Assembly (NCBI GenBank): GCA_902522465.1
Contig: CABYVV010000002.1
Coordinates: 65,764 to 129,763, forward strand
Direction of reading: 5' to 3'
Length of the DNA: 64,000 bases
Origin: an uncultured Alphaproteobacteria bacterium
Lineage (GTDB): Bacteria; Pseudomonadota; Alphaproteobacteria; Methylaequorales; Methylaequoraceae
Every line of letters begins with the position of its first letter. Within the stretch, counting starts at the first letter, position 1. The position numbers and the translations under genes are program-made. Below, one piece after another: positions 8,879-17,000 of this stretch. The notes beneath the pieces were generated by a model. It saw only the letters and a program-made list of their open reading frames with translations, had not been told where the DNA came from and searched no databases.

Positions 8879-9048
8879 AATAGAAATTATTAACTTGATT
8901 TAAGTTTATCAAGTACTTTTGCGAATATTCCTTGAAGTTCTTCTTTTTTAAGTTTTTTAGGATCAACTTTGATTTTTTTTGCCATTTTTATTTCCTTCCA
9001 AAGTAATATATATTATTCTTTGAAAAATAACCTGTCAATAAAGAAATA

Positions 9049-9462
9049 ATGCCACATATATTTGAAACTTTATCATTTGAGACCAAAAATAAGATTTTTA
9101 TTGACGTGACTAGTGAAATTGAAAAAGTAATAAAAAGTAAATCTGTAAAAAACGGAATTTTAATTTTGTCAATTCTTCATACAAGTTGTTCATTATTAAT
9201 TCAAGAGAACGCTGACAATTCCGTTCAAGAAGATATTAGAAACTTTTTAGAGGATATCGCACCGGAAAAAAATTACATACATAATTCTGAAGGACCTGAT
9301 GATATGCCAGCACATCTCAAAACACTCTTAACACAAACTCATCTAAGTTTAAGTGTGATGAATGGAAAACTTATACTCGGAACTTGGCAGGGAATTTTTT
9401 TGTTAGAACACAGAATTGCTAAAAGAACCAGGTATATTAATATCCATATTTTAGTTGATTAA
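9049..9462 (+). CDS. yjbQ: YjbQ/UPF0047 family protein (secondary thiamine-phosphate synthase-like)
   Basis: 137-aa ORF. 'ILSILHTSCSLLIQENADNSVQEDI', 'PDDMPAHLKTLLTQTHLSLSV' and 'GTWQGIFLLEHR' are the conserved YjbQ motifs. Confidence 0.85.
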   Translation: MPHIFETLSFETKNKIFIDVTSEIEKVIKSKSVKNGILILSILHTSCSLLIQENADNSVQEDIRNFLEDIAPEKNYIHNSEGPDDMPAHLKTLLTQTHLSLSVMNGKLILGTWQGIFLLEHRIAKRTRYINIHILVD

Positions 9463-9464
9463 TA

Positions 9465-10013
9465 ATGGTATTATTAAATTCTGACATATGTGATTTCAAT
9501 AAAGAAATAGTAGACTTTGAACTTAAGAATATTAACGGTGAAATTTATAATTCGAATAATTTACTTGGTGACAAAGGAACCTTAATAATGTTTATATGCA
9601 ACCATTGCCCCTACGTTAAGGCAATTATTGAAAAATTAGTTGAAACAACAATCGAACTGAAGAATTATGGAATTAATTCAGTGGCAATTATGCCAAATGA
9701 CGTTAAAAACTATCCAGAGGATAGTTTTGAAAATATGCAAAAATTTGCTGAATCAAATCATTTTAACTTTCCTTATCTAATTGATGATACTCAAGAGGTA
9801 ACAAAAAAATACGAGGCTGTATGTACTCCAGATTTTTTTGGTTTTAATCAAGATAAAAAATTACAATATCGAGGAAGAATATTTGAACTTAAAAATCTTA
9901 AAATTGTGAATTATAACAATGAACTTTTAGACGCAATGAAACTTGTTAGTAAATATAAGACAGGTCCAAAAAAACAATTCCCTAGTATTGGATGTAGTAT
10001 TAAATGGAAATAA
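9465..10013 (+). CDS. Thioredoxin-fold thiol-disulfide oxidoreductase (AhpC/TSA-redoxin-like, CxxC)
   Basis: 182-aa ORF with a 'FICNHCPYV' CxxC active site, plus 'VAIMPND' and 'CTPDFFGF...YRGR' motifs of the thioredoxin-like family. Confidence 0.75.
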   Translation: MVLLNSDICDFNKEIVDFELKNINGEIYNSNNLLGDKGTLIMFICNHCPYVKAIIEKLVETTIELKNYGINSVAIMPNDVKNYPEDSFENMQKFAESNHFNFPYLIDDTQEVTKKYEAVCTPDFFGFNQDKKLQYRGRIFELKNLKIVNYNNELLDAMKLVSKYKTGPKKQFPSIGCSIKWK

Positions 10014-10020
10014 GGTGAGC

Positions 10021-10692
10021 TTATAACTTTTTTATTATATCATAACTATTTTCTTCTACAAAATCAGGTGCCATATAAAATTGACTTAGAATTTTTTCAT
10101 ATCTACTAATAAATGCTGTATTTAAGCCAGCCAATTTAGCACCATTTATATCCCAGCCATGGACTGCAATCATTAAAGTCTCTTGTTTTTTTGTTTTCAT
10201 TATTTTACAGGCATGTGAGTAAACTTTTTTATGTGGTTTCCAAAGTTTGACCTCACTTATCGAGAAACAACGATCTACATATTTTTCTAAATTATTTTTT
10301 TTTAATAATTTTTGAGTATTTTCTTCTGACCCATTAGTTAGTGTAACTACTTTAATCTTTTTTTTTTTTAAAAGTTTTAAGGATTTTTTTATATCATTAT
10401 GAATTTTCAAATTTTCAAATCCTTTCATTATGTTTGTAATTATTTCTTCAGTTACGGGTTTTTTATTTTGCAACAAAATTTTTTTAAGTTCATTAATCCC
10501 TATCAAAGAAAAATCCATATACTGACCACTCAAAGAATAGGAGAATCCTTCTTTTAATACAGAGTTAAACCAAACATCAACCAGTCCTTTTTTCAATTTA
10601 TTTATCTGAAACAATCTTTCAATTTCACTTAACGAAAACATAGTTTGATTAACATCAAATATTACTAGTTTTATCTTCATAGAGTAAACCAT
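10021..10692 (-). CDS. HAD-superfamily hydrolase, type II (L-2-haloacid dehalogenase-like)
   Basis: 223-aa ORF. It has a single-Asp motif I 'VIFDVNQTMFS', 'LTNGS', 'WKPHKKVY' and 'VHGWDINGAKLAGL', as in HAD-II dehalogenases. The real start may be the Met at 10680 (MKIKLVIFD). Confidence 0.7.
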   Translation of the reverse strand: MVYSMKIKLVIFDVNQTMFSLSEIERLFQINKLKKGLVDVWFNSVLKEGFSYSLSGQYMDFSLIGINELKKILLQNKKPVTEEIITNIMKGFENLKIHNDIKKSLKLLKKKKIKVVTLTNGSEENTQKLLKKNNLEKYVDRCFSISEVKLWKPHKKVYSHACKIMKTKKQETLMIAVHGWDINGAKLAGLNTAFISRYEKILSQFYMAPDFVEENSYDIIKKL

Positions 10693-10860
10693 ATTTGGCT
10701 ACTTGCCTTTGAATATTATGAACGATCTATTAACCATTATCAATCAGCATTAAAATTGATTATTAAAAATCTTAATATATTTAAACATCGGAAACATCAG
10801 CAAAATATTTTTAACAGATAAAAATAATGACAAATTCGAGTTTTTCATTCACTTATTAAA

Positions 10861-10874
10861 ATTGTAATTACAAT
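10861..10874. promoter_or_regulatory. Perfect 14-bp palindrome ATTGTAATTACAAT, a candidate enhancer/UAS for the flgG sigma54 promoter
   Basis: The self-complementary 14-mer is centred about 146 bp upstream of the -24 GG at 11014. The half-site ATTGTAAT recurs at 11001-11008, immediately upstream of the promoter. Confidence 0.35.
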
Positions 10875-11012
10875 GAAATCTTAATTTTGAAAAGGAAGAT
10901 TTTTTTAATACAATATTTAGCAAAGGCTTGGATATAAAAAATATAATTAAAGAAAAAATAATTTAATATGTAAGAGTTCTATTTTTTAAGTCACAAATTT
11001 ATTGTAATTTAG

Positions 11013-11028
11013 TGGCATGAGGTTTGCA
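11013..11028 (+). promoter_or_regulatory. Sigma54 (-24/-12) promoter of the flgGHIJK(L) operon
   Basis: TGGCATgaggtTTGCA has exactly 10 nt between the GG and GC dinucleotides. It lies about 39 nt upstream of the flgG ATG, in the largest intergenic region of the window. Confidence 0.7.
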
Positions 11029-11066
11029 CATAAATTGCTAAACTTATATCTAGAAAGAGGATTACA

Positions 11067-11855
11067 ATGGCAATTAATGCGATGCATGTAGCAAAAACCG
11101 GTCTAAATGCCCAACAGGTTAGAATGCAAATTATCTCAAATAATTTAGCAAACGTGAACACTAATGGATTTAAAAGAGACAGAGCAAACTTTGAATCCCT
11201 ATTGTATCAGATCATAAGAAGCAGTGGTGCACAAACATCCGTTGATACAGAATTAACTTCGGGCTTTTCAGTCGGTACTGGTGTTAACATCGTGAATTCT
11301 AACAAGTTACATTCACAAGGAAGTATAGTTTCGACTGATAATTCTCTTGATTTAGCCATTGATGGAGGAGGGTTTTTTCAGGTGTTATTACCTGACGGTC
11401 AGGTAGTCTATACCAGAAACGGTGCTTTCTCTAGAAATAATGAAGGTATTTTAACAACAAATAGTGGTTTTATTATTCAGCCTGAAATTGCTATCCCTGC
11501 TGAGGCAACAAAAATAAATGTTTCTGCAGATGGAATAGTATCAGTTCAAATACCTGAACAGGTTGAGGCTCAGGAAGTTGGTCAGCTTCAATTAGCTGAT
11601 TTTCAAAATAGAACTGGGTTACAACCAATAGGAGAGAATTTCTATGTTGAAACAACATCAAGTGGTCCACCCGTTATTGAGAACCCATTTGCGGCAGGTT
11701 TTGGTAAAATCATTCAAGGCGCATTGGAAAGTTCTAATGTAAATGTTGTACAAGAATTAGTTGATATGATTGAAACTCAAAGAGCATATGAAGTAAATTC
11801 AAAAGCAATCACATCTGTTGATGAGATGTTGAGATTTGTAAGTAACAACCTGTAG
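11067..11855 (+). CDS. flgG: Flagellar basal-body distal rod protein FlgG
   Basis: 262 aa. The N-terminus 'AKTGLNAQQVRMQIISNNLANVNTNGFK' and the C-terminus 'SNVNVVQELVDMIETQRAYEVNSKAI' are rod-family signatures. It is followed by flgH and flgI. Confidence 0.95.
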   Translation: MAINAMHVAKTGLNAQQVRMQIISNNLANVNTNGFKRDRANFESLLYQIIRSSGAQTSVDTELTSGFSVGTGVNIVNSNKLHSQGSIVSTDNSLDLAIDGGGFFQVLLPDGQVVYTRNGAFSRNNEGILTTNSGFIIQPEIAIPAEATKINVSADGIVSVQIPEQVEAQEVGQLQLADFQNRTGLQPIGENFYVETTSSGPPVIENPFAAGFGKIIQGALESSNVNVVQELVDMIETQRAYEVNSKAITSVDEMLRFVSNNL

Positions 11856-11857
11856 GA

Positions 11858-12556
11858 ATGAAGATGAGATATTTTTTATTTATTACATTATTTTTTCTTC
11901 AGAGTTGTGCTTCTCACATGCAAGATAGAATTGGTGAGGAATTCCAGAGTATACAACCAGATTACTCTAACTTTGAAAATATAAATAACGCAACTGAAGG
12001 TGCGGTTTACGATGGTGACGGTGGTCTTTTTGCATCCGACAGGAGAGCAAACAGAGTTGGAGATATAATTACGGTAACTTTAGAAGAAACTGTTACAGCC
12101 GCTAACTCAGGATCTGAAACACTAGCTAAATCTGATGCATACACTTTTGATCTTCCAGAGGCATTATTTGGTCCTTCATCATTAATTGGAAAATTATTAT
12201 TTCCTGGAGGGGTTAAAGAAGGAAATCTTCAAGGTGGTACAACTCAAAACTTTACAGGTTCTGGAACTGCAGCTCAAGCTAATAGTATAACGGGTACAAT
12301 ATCAGTAACAATTGTAAGAGTTTATCCAAATGGAAATCTTGAAGTAAAAGGACAAAGAAGGCTTAAATTTAATAGTGGTACAGAATATATCAGACTTGCG
12401 GGCGTTATCAGACCAGATGATATTTCATCAACCAATACGGTTTCATCAAAGAAGGTTGCTGATGCTCAAATTTCTTATACTGGTACTGGTGATATGAATG
12501 ATAGTGTTACAAAGGGATGGTTAAGTAGATATTTTGCTTACGTCTCACCTTTTTAG
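11858..12556 (+). CDS. flgH: Flagellar L-ring lipoprotein FlgH
   Basis: 232 aa. It has a lipoprotein signal with the lipobox 'FLQSC'. '[15 protein letters not shown]', '[30 protein letters not shown]' and 'GWLSRYF' match FlgH. Confidence 0.95.
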   Translation: MKMRYFLFITLFFLQSCASHMQDRIGEEFQSIQPDYSNFENINNATEGAVYDGDGGLFASDRRANRVGDIITVTLEETVTAANSGSETLAKSDAYTFDLPEALFGPSSLIGKLLFPGGVKEGNLQGGTTQNFTGSGTAAQANSITGTISVTIVRVYPNGNLEVKGQRRLKFNSGTEYIRLAGVIRPDDISSTNTVSSKKVADAQISYTGTGDMNDSVTKGWLSRYFAYVSPF

Positions 12557-12563
12557 GATAATT

Positions 12564-13682
12564 ATGAAAAAATTTTTAATGATATTTTGCATTACTTTTC
12601 TAACAAATCAATCAGTCTTTGCTGACAGGATAAAAGATATGGCTTCTTTTGCTGGAGTAAGATCAAATCAACTTGTTGGTTATGGCCTAGTGATTGGTTT
12701 GGCAAAAACTGGTGATGGAAGTGTGAACTTAACTAAACAAAGTATTGCAGCTATGATATCTCAATTTGGTGTGATTGCTAACACAGCAGACATTGATGCT
12801 ACGAACTCCGCAAATGTGATGGTAACGGCAAATCTTCCTCCATTTGCAAAACCAGGTCAAACAATTGACGTAACTGTTTCAACCATTGGAAAAGCAAAGT
12901 CTTTAAAAGGAGGTACTCTTTTGATGACAGCTCTGAAAGGGGCTGATGGAGAAGTTTACGCAATTGCTCAAGGCAATTTAGTTGTTGGAGGATTAGGCGT
13001 TGAGGGTGCTGATGGATCAACTACAATACAAGGAACCCCCACTGTGGGGAGAATTCCTGGTGGAGCAACTGTTGAGAAATTGGTAGAAAATACATTTTTG
13101 GAAAGAGATAATGTTGTGCTAAATTTACATCAAGCTGACTTTTCTCAAGCTAATAGAATTGCAAATACTATTAATGAAACATTTGGACCTGAAGTTGCAA
13201 TTCCAATGGACTCAACCTCAATAAAAGTTAGAACACCTAAAAACCCATCTCAGAAAGTTTCATTTATTGGTTTGCTTGAAAATATAAATTTTGAACCAGT
13301 TACTCCTAAAGCCAAGGTTGTTGTAAATTCAAGAACAGGAACTGTTGTGATAGGTGGCGATGTAAGAATTTCACCGGCAGCGGTTGCTCATGGAAGTTTG
13401 TCAGTAAAAATTCAAGAAGACACTAAGTTGTTATCTGAAGGTACAGGAACGGTGGTTGGAAGTTCTGCTACAGTCTCTGGAACAGCAGCAACAACAGCTG
13501 CAGATACTCAAATAGAAGTTGATGAGGCCCCAGCAAGAGCTTTTGTTTTTGATCCTGGAATAGAGTTGCAAACATTAGTAGATGCTTTAAACGAAACTGG
13601 AACAACAGCAACAGATATGGTCGCAATTCTTGAGGCACTCAGAGAAGCAGGTGCATTAAGAGCTGAACTAATAATAATTTAA
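12564..13682 (+). CDS. flgI: Flagellar P-ring protein FlgI
   Basis: I chose the start at MKKFLMIF (12564) rather than the ORF-track 12534, which would overlap flgH. Signal peptide ends '...SVFA'. The mature '[32 protein letters not shown]' and the C-terminus '[18 protein letters not shown]' are classic FlgI. Confidence 0.95.
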   Translation: MKKFLMIFCITFLTNQSVFADRIKDMASFAGVRSNQLVGYGLVIGLAKTGDGSVNLTKQSIAAMISQFGVIANTADIDATNSANVMVTANLPPFAKPGQTIDVTVSTIGKAKSLKGGTLLMTALKGADGEVYAIAQGNLVVGGLGVEGADGSTTIQGTPTVGRIPGGATVEKLVENTFLERDNVVLNLHQADFSQANRIANTINETFGPEVAIPMDSTSIKVRTPKNPSQKVSFIGLLENINFEPVTPKAKVVVNSRTGTVVIGGDVRISPAAVAHGSLSVKIQEDTKLLSEGTGTVVGSSATVSGTAATTAADTQIEVDEAPARAFVFDPGIELQTLVDALNETGTTATDMVAILEALREAGALRAELIII

Positions 13683-13697
13683 CTTATTGGATAAATT

Positions 13698-14003
13698 ATG
13701 GACAACAATCCAATCGCCAAAATCAGACCAATCAATAATTTTGAGCTTTCAACCTCTAAACTTGATAATTTAAATGAAAAATCCGAACTTTCACAGGTTG
13801 CCCAAGAATTTGAATCGTTATTTGTTTATCAAATGTTGAAAAGTGCAAGAAAAGCTAAATTAGCTGAAAGTTTGTTTTCAAATCAAGGTAGCGAAACTTA
13901 TGAGTCTTTATTAGACCAAGAATACTCAAAAACAATTGCCAAAAATCATAGTTTTGGAATTGCTGATGCATTAGTCAGGCAATTTGGAGGAAAAAGAAAA
14001 TAA
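13698..14003 (+). CDS. flgJ: Single-domain FlgJ (rod-binding/rod-capping domain only, no muramidase domain)
   Basis: 101 aa. 'QVAQEFESLFVYQMLKSARKA' and 'YESLLDQEYSKTIAK..GIADALVRQF' match the FlgJ N-terminal rod-binding domain. The ORF ends before any glucosaminidase domain. It sits between flgI and flgK. Confidence 0.85.
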   Translation: MDNNPIAKIRPINNFELSTSKLDNLNEKSELSQVAQEFESLFVYQMLKSARKAKLAESLFSNQGSETYESLLDQEYSKTIAKNHSFGIADALVRQFGGKRK

Positions 14004-17000
14004 ATGCCAAGTTTATTTGATATAGGAAAAAGTGGTCTTCAAGCCTACAGACAATCATTGGCTGTAACAGGTCAGAATATAGCAAACGTCAATACAGACG
14101 GTTATAAAAAAAGAGATGTCGCATTGGAGGAAGTCTCCGGAGCAGGAGGTGGAGTCACAGAGATTTCTGATCAAACTGGTTTGGGAGTAAGAGTTGAACA
14201 AATAAGAAGAGCATTTGATGAGTTTTTAATTGACAAGGCTAGACAAGCCTCTTCAAATTTTAAAAGTGCAGAGTCTTTTTCAGATGAATTAAGAGATTTA
14301 GAAAACTTGTTACTTCCCACAGATAATAATCTTAGTTCATCAATTGGTAATTTTTTTAATTCATTGCAGGATATAGCTGCTTATCCTGACGATCAAGCTG
14401 CAAGAATAGTTGCAATTGAAAAGGGAAAAGATTTGGCAGCTCAATTCAATATGTATTCTGATAGAATTGAAAACCTTAAAAGTCAAATTCTTGATAAAAC
14501 AAAAAATGCTGTCACATCTGTAAATTTAATTTCGACACAAATTTCAAATATTAATGCTAAAATTTTGGCATCAGGGGTTGCAACAGGTGGATCTAACGCT
14601 CTATTAGATCAGCGAGATCTTCTCCTTGATCAGATGGCAGAATTAACACAAATTACAGTTAGGTATGGCAGTAAAGGGCAAGCTGAAGTAAGATTAGGTA
14701 ATACTGGTTCTGGGCCTATAATAATTTCTGATGCCGATAATCCTACAAAAGGAAATGAAACTACAACTAACATAAATGTTTTGGAACAGGCCGGCAGATT
14801 ACAACCAGTTGTTGGTATAGGACAGGTTGCAACAAATCAAATAAAAGCTGGATTAATTAATGGTATGATCAATTCATACGCTCAAGCGGAGGATACAATG
14901 AAAGACATCGATTCTCTAGCTTCACTCTTATCACAAAAATTTAATGAAGTTAATCAGGCTGGTTTAGATCTCGATGGAAAAAATGGAAAACAAATGTTTA
15001 CTGTTTCAAGTCTCGAGGCTGTTGAGAACCCAACAAATAGATCTAGTGTTGGAGTTGCAGTTTTTGTTACTAATCCTTTGGAGATTAAAAATGCTGAATA
15101 TAAAGTTATCTATCATGAAAATGAAGATTTGTGGAAACTCACGTCAGATTTAGATTCAAATGTCACTTCAGGAAAACAAACAATTGATGGTCAGGGTTTT
15201 AAAATTTCTTTTTTCGGTGAGCCATTAGATGGTGATGAATTTTCAATTGTACCGAGTAGTGCCTCTAAAGGGATGGCTTTTTTACTTAATAGGCCCCAAG
15301 ATTTTGCAGCTGGCTCCAAAACTCTTATAAGTTCAAGTTCCTCTAACACAGGAAGCGCCTCACTTGAAGAGATCACACCATTAAAATTTGAGGACAAGAC
15401 CAATATTAAAAATATACAAAGTGTGTTTTCAAATGGTTTAAGTCCTGTCACATCTTCAAAATTTTCAACTGATGGTGGTGCAGCAATTATTCAAGCGGGA
15501 ACATCATTCGTCAATTTAAGTTCATATAAAGCTCAACCTGAAATACAATTTGGACTTTCATCATCTGATTTAACTTCAATAACATCTATAAATGTTACAA
15601 TGGCTGACTCAAGTTCTGTTAACGTTGACCTGACTGGTATTAAATCACTTGAGGAATTAGCTGATGTTTTAAATAGGAGTAGAGACGTTCAAGGAAATGC
15701 TCACAATTTTAGATCTATGGGTCTCTTTGCATCTGGTGGTGGATCAACTCTTACAATTGCAAGTAATGATAAGCAATTTTCTTCAGGAGCAATATCCGCG
15801 GCCTCAACAATTAATGCAAATGTTGTCAATCCGACTGTCACGGCAGCAAGTAAATTACAAATATTTACTAGAGAAGGAAGGCATATTGCTGGTGAGGTTT
15901 TATCGGATTCTGAAATTGCTGAGTTTATGACAGAAGAAAATGGATTCAATAGATTTGCAGAATACAGAGCAGATTATCTCAATGGTACCGGCACAGAAAA
16001 ATATAGGGGTATTGAGGTTTCTCGATCAACTACCGATGGGAATTTTGTTATAAGTTATGGAGCTAATGGTGCTGCAGCAAGTGCACAAAGACATGCTACT
16101 ACTGTTCCTGCTAGCCATGTATCTGCTGCATATACTTTAACAGTAAATTCAACATCAACGGCAAAGTCAAAAAATATCACAGTACCAATTGAATCCTCTG
16201 CTGGTTTTGTAGCAGGACTTATTAATAAAGAAGCCAAAACACTTGGTGTTGAGGCTTTAGCTTCCACAAAAGTAAAAATTTCAGCACCATCTTCTAACGG
16301 GACAGTTTCATTTAATATTTTAAGTAAACCAGGTGTAGGGAATGATGCAGACATAACAGCTTCAATTTTATCAACTGATTTAACAAATCTAGCAAATTCA
16401 ATAAACAATTTTTCGGGAAGAACAGGAGTAATAGCAAATTTATCTTCCGATAAAAAACATATTGTAATGGAAAATGCTGATGGAGATGACATACAAATCT
16501 CTTCGTTTTCCTCTCCTAACACTGTAGAAATGGAAGTACTAAAAAATGACTTTTCATCATTTAGTTCTCCAGTAACCGTAATATTAGATAATACAAATTT
16601 TAAAGCAGCAAGATTTAGTGGAGAATTAGAAATCTCTTCAGCATCTGCGATTAGCACTTCCAATGATGGTGGTTCAACCACTGTTACTGGAACTCAAAAC
16701 GCATTAAAAGATGGTTTTCTGAACATTACTTCTTCAAGTACTGGCGAGGTGAAAACTATTAAGCCAGTTGTTCTTGACGGTGATTTTTCAAATGGACATC
16801 CTGACGGATTAAGTGCATCTAGTTCAGTGTTGTCTTATGGTTTGAAGATTCCAGCTGATGGTAATGGGGCTGAATTTAGTGCAACTGTTGATGTTTCAGC
16901 TTTGGAAGTTTTAGAACCATCTCAAGTTGCAAAAAAAATTGCTGAAGGATTAAGAGCAAACAGCCCATCTGCTGAATTGATTGGTACAGCTGTTGAATCT

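Noticed and set aside
12534-12563. ORF-track upstream starts for flgI (12534), folK (42024) and rpoZ (42538).
   Set aside because: The upstream extensions overlap the preceding genes and add residues that precede the recognisable signal peptide (flgI) or the conserved N-termini (folK 'MILIAIGSN', rpoZ 'MARVT'). I preferred the downstream ATGs.
14566-14582. TGGCATcaggggTTGCA inside flgK.
   Set aside because: The spacing between GG and GC is 11 nt, one too many, and it lies deep in coding sequence with no downstream start. It is probably a chance occurrence.
16055-16681. A 208-aa ORF antisense to flgK, plus similar nested antisense ORFs at 1122-1361, 2431-2619, 5768-6250, 12799-13020, 15191-15451, 15701-15949, 19678-19923, 21225-21594, 28624-28884, 45678-46081, 50292-50606 and elsewhere.
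   Set aside because: All lie entirely inside longer ORFs that have strong family signatures. They have low-complexity or odd composition, no SD and no recognisable motifs. The long one in flgK is explained by the Ala/Gly/Thr/Ser-rich codons, which lack stop codons on the complementary strand.
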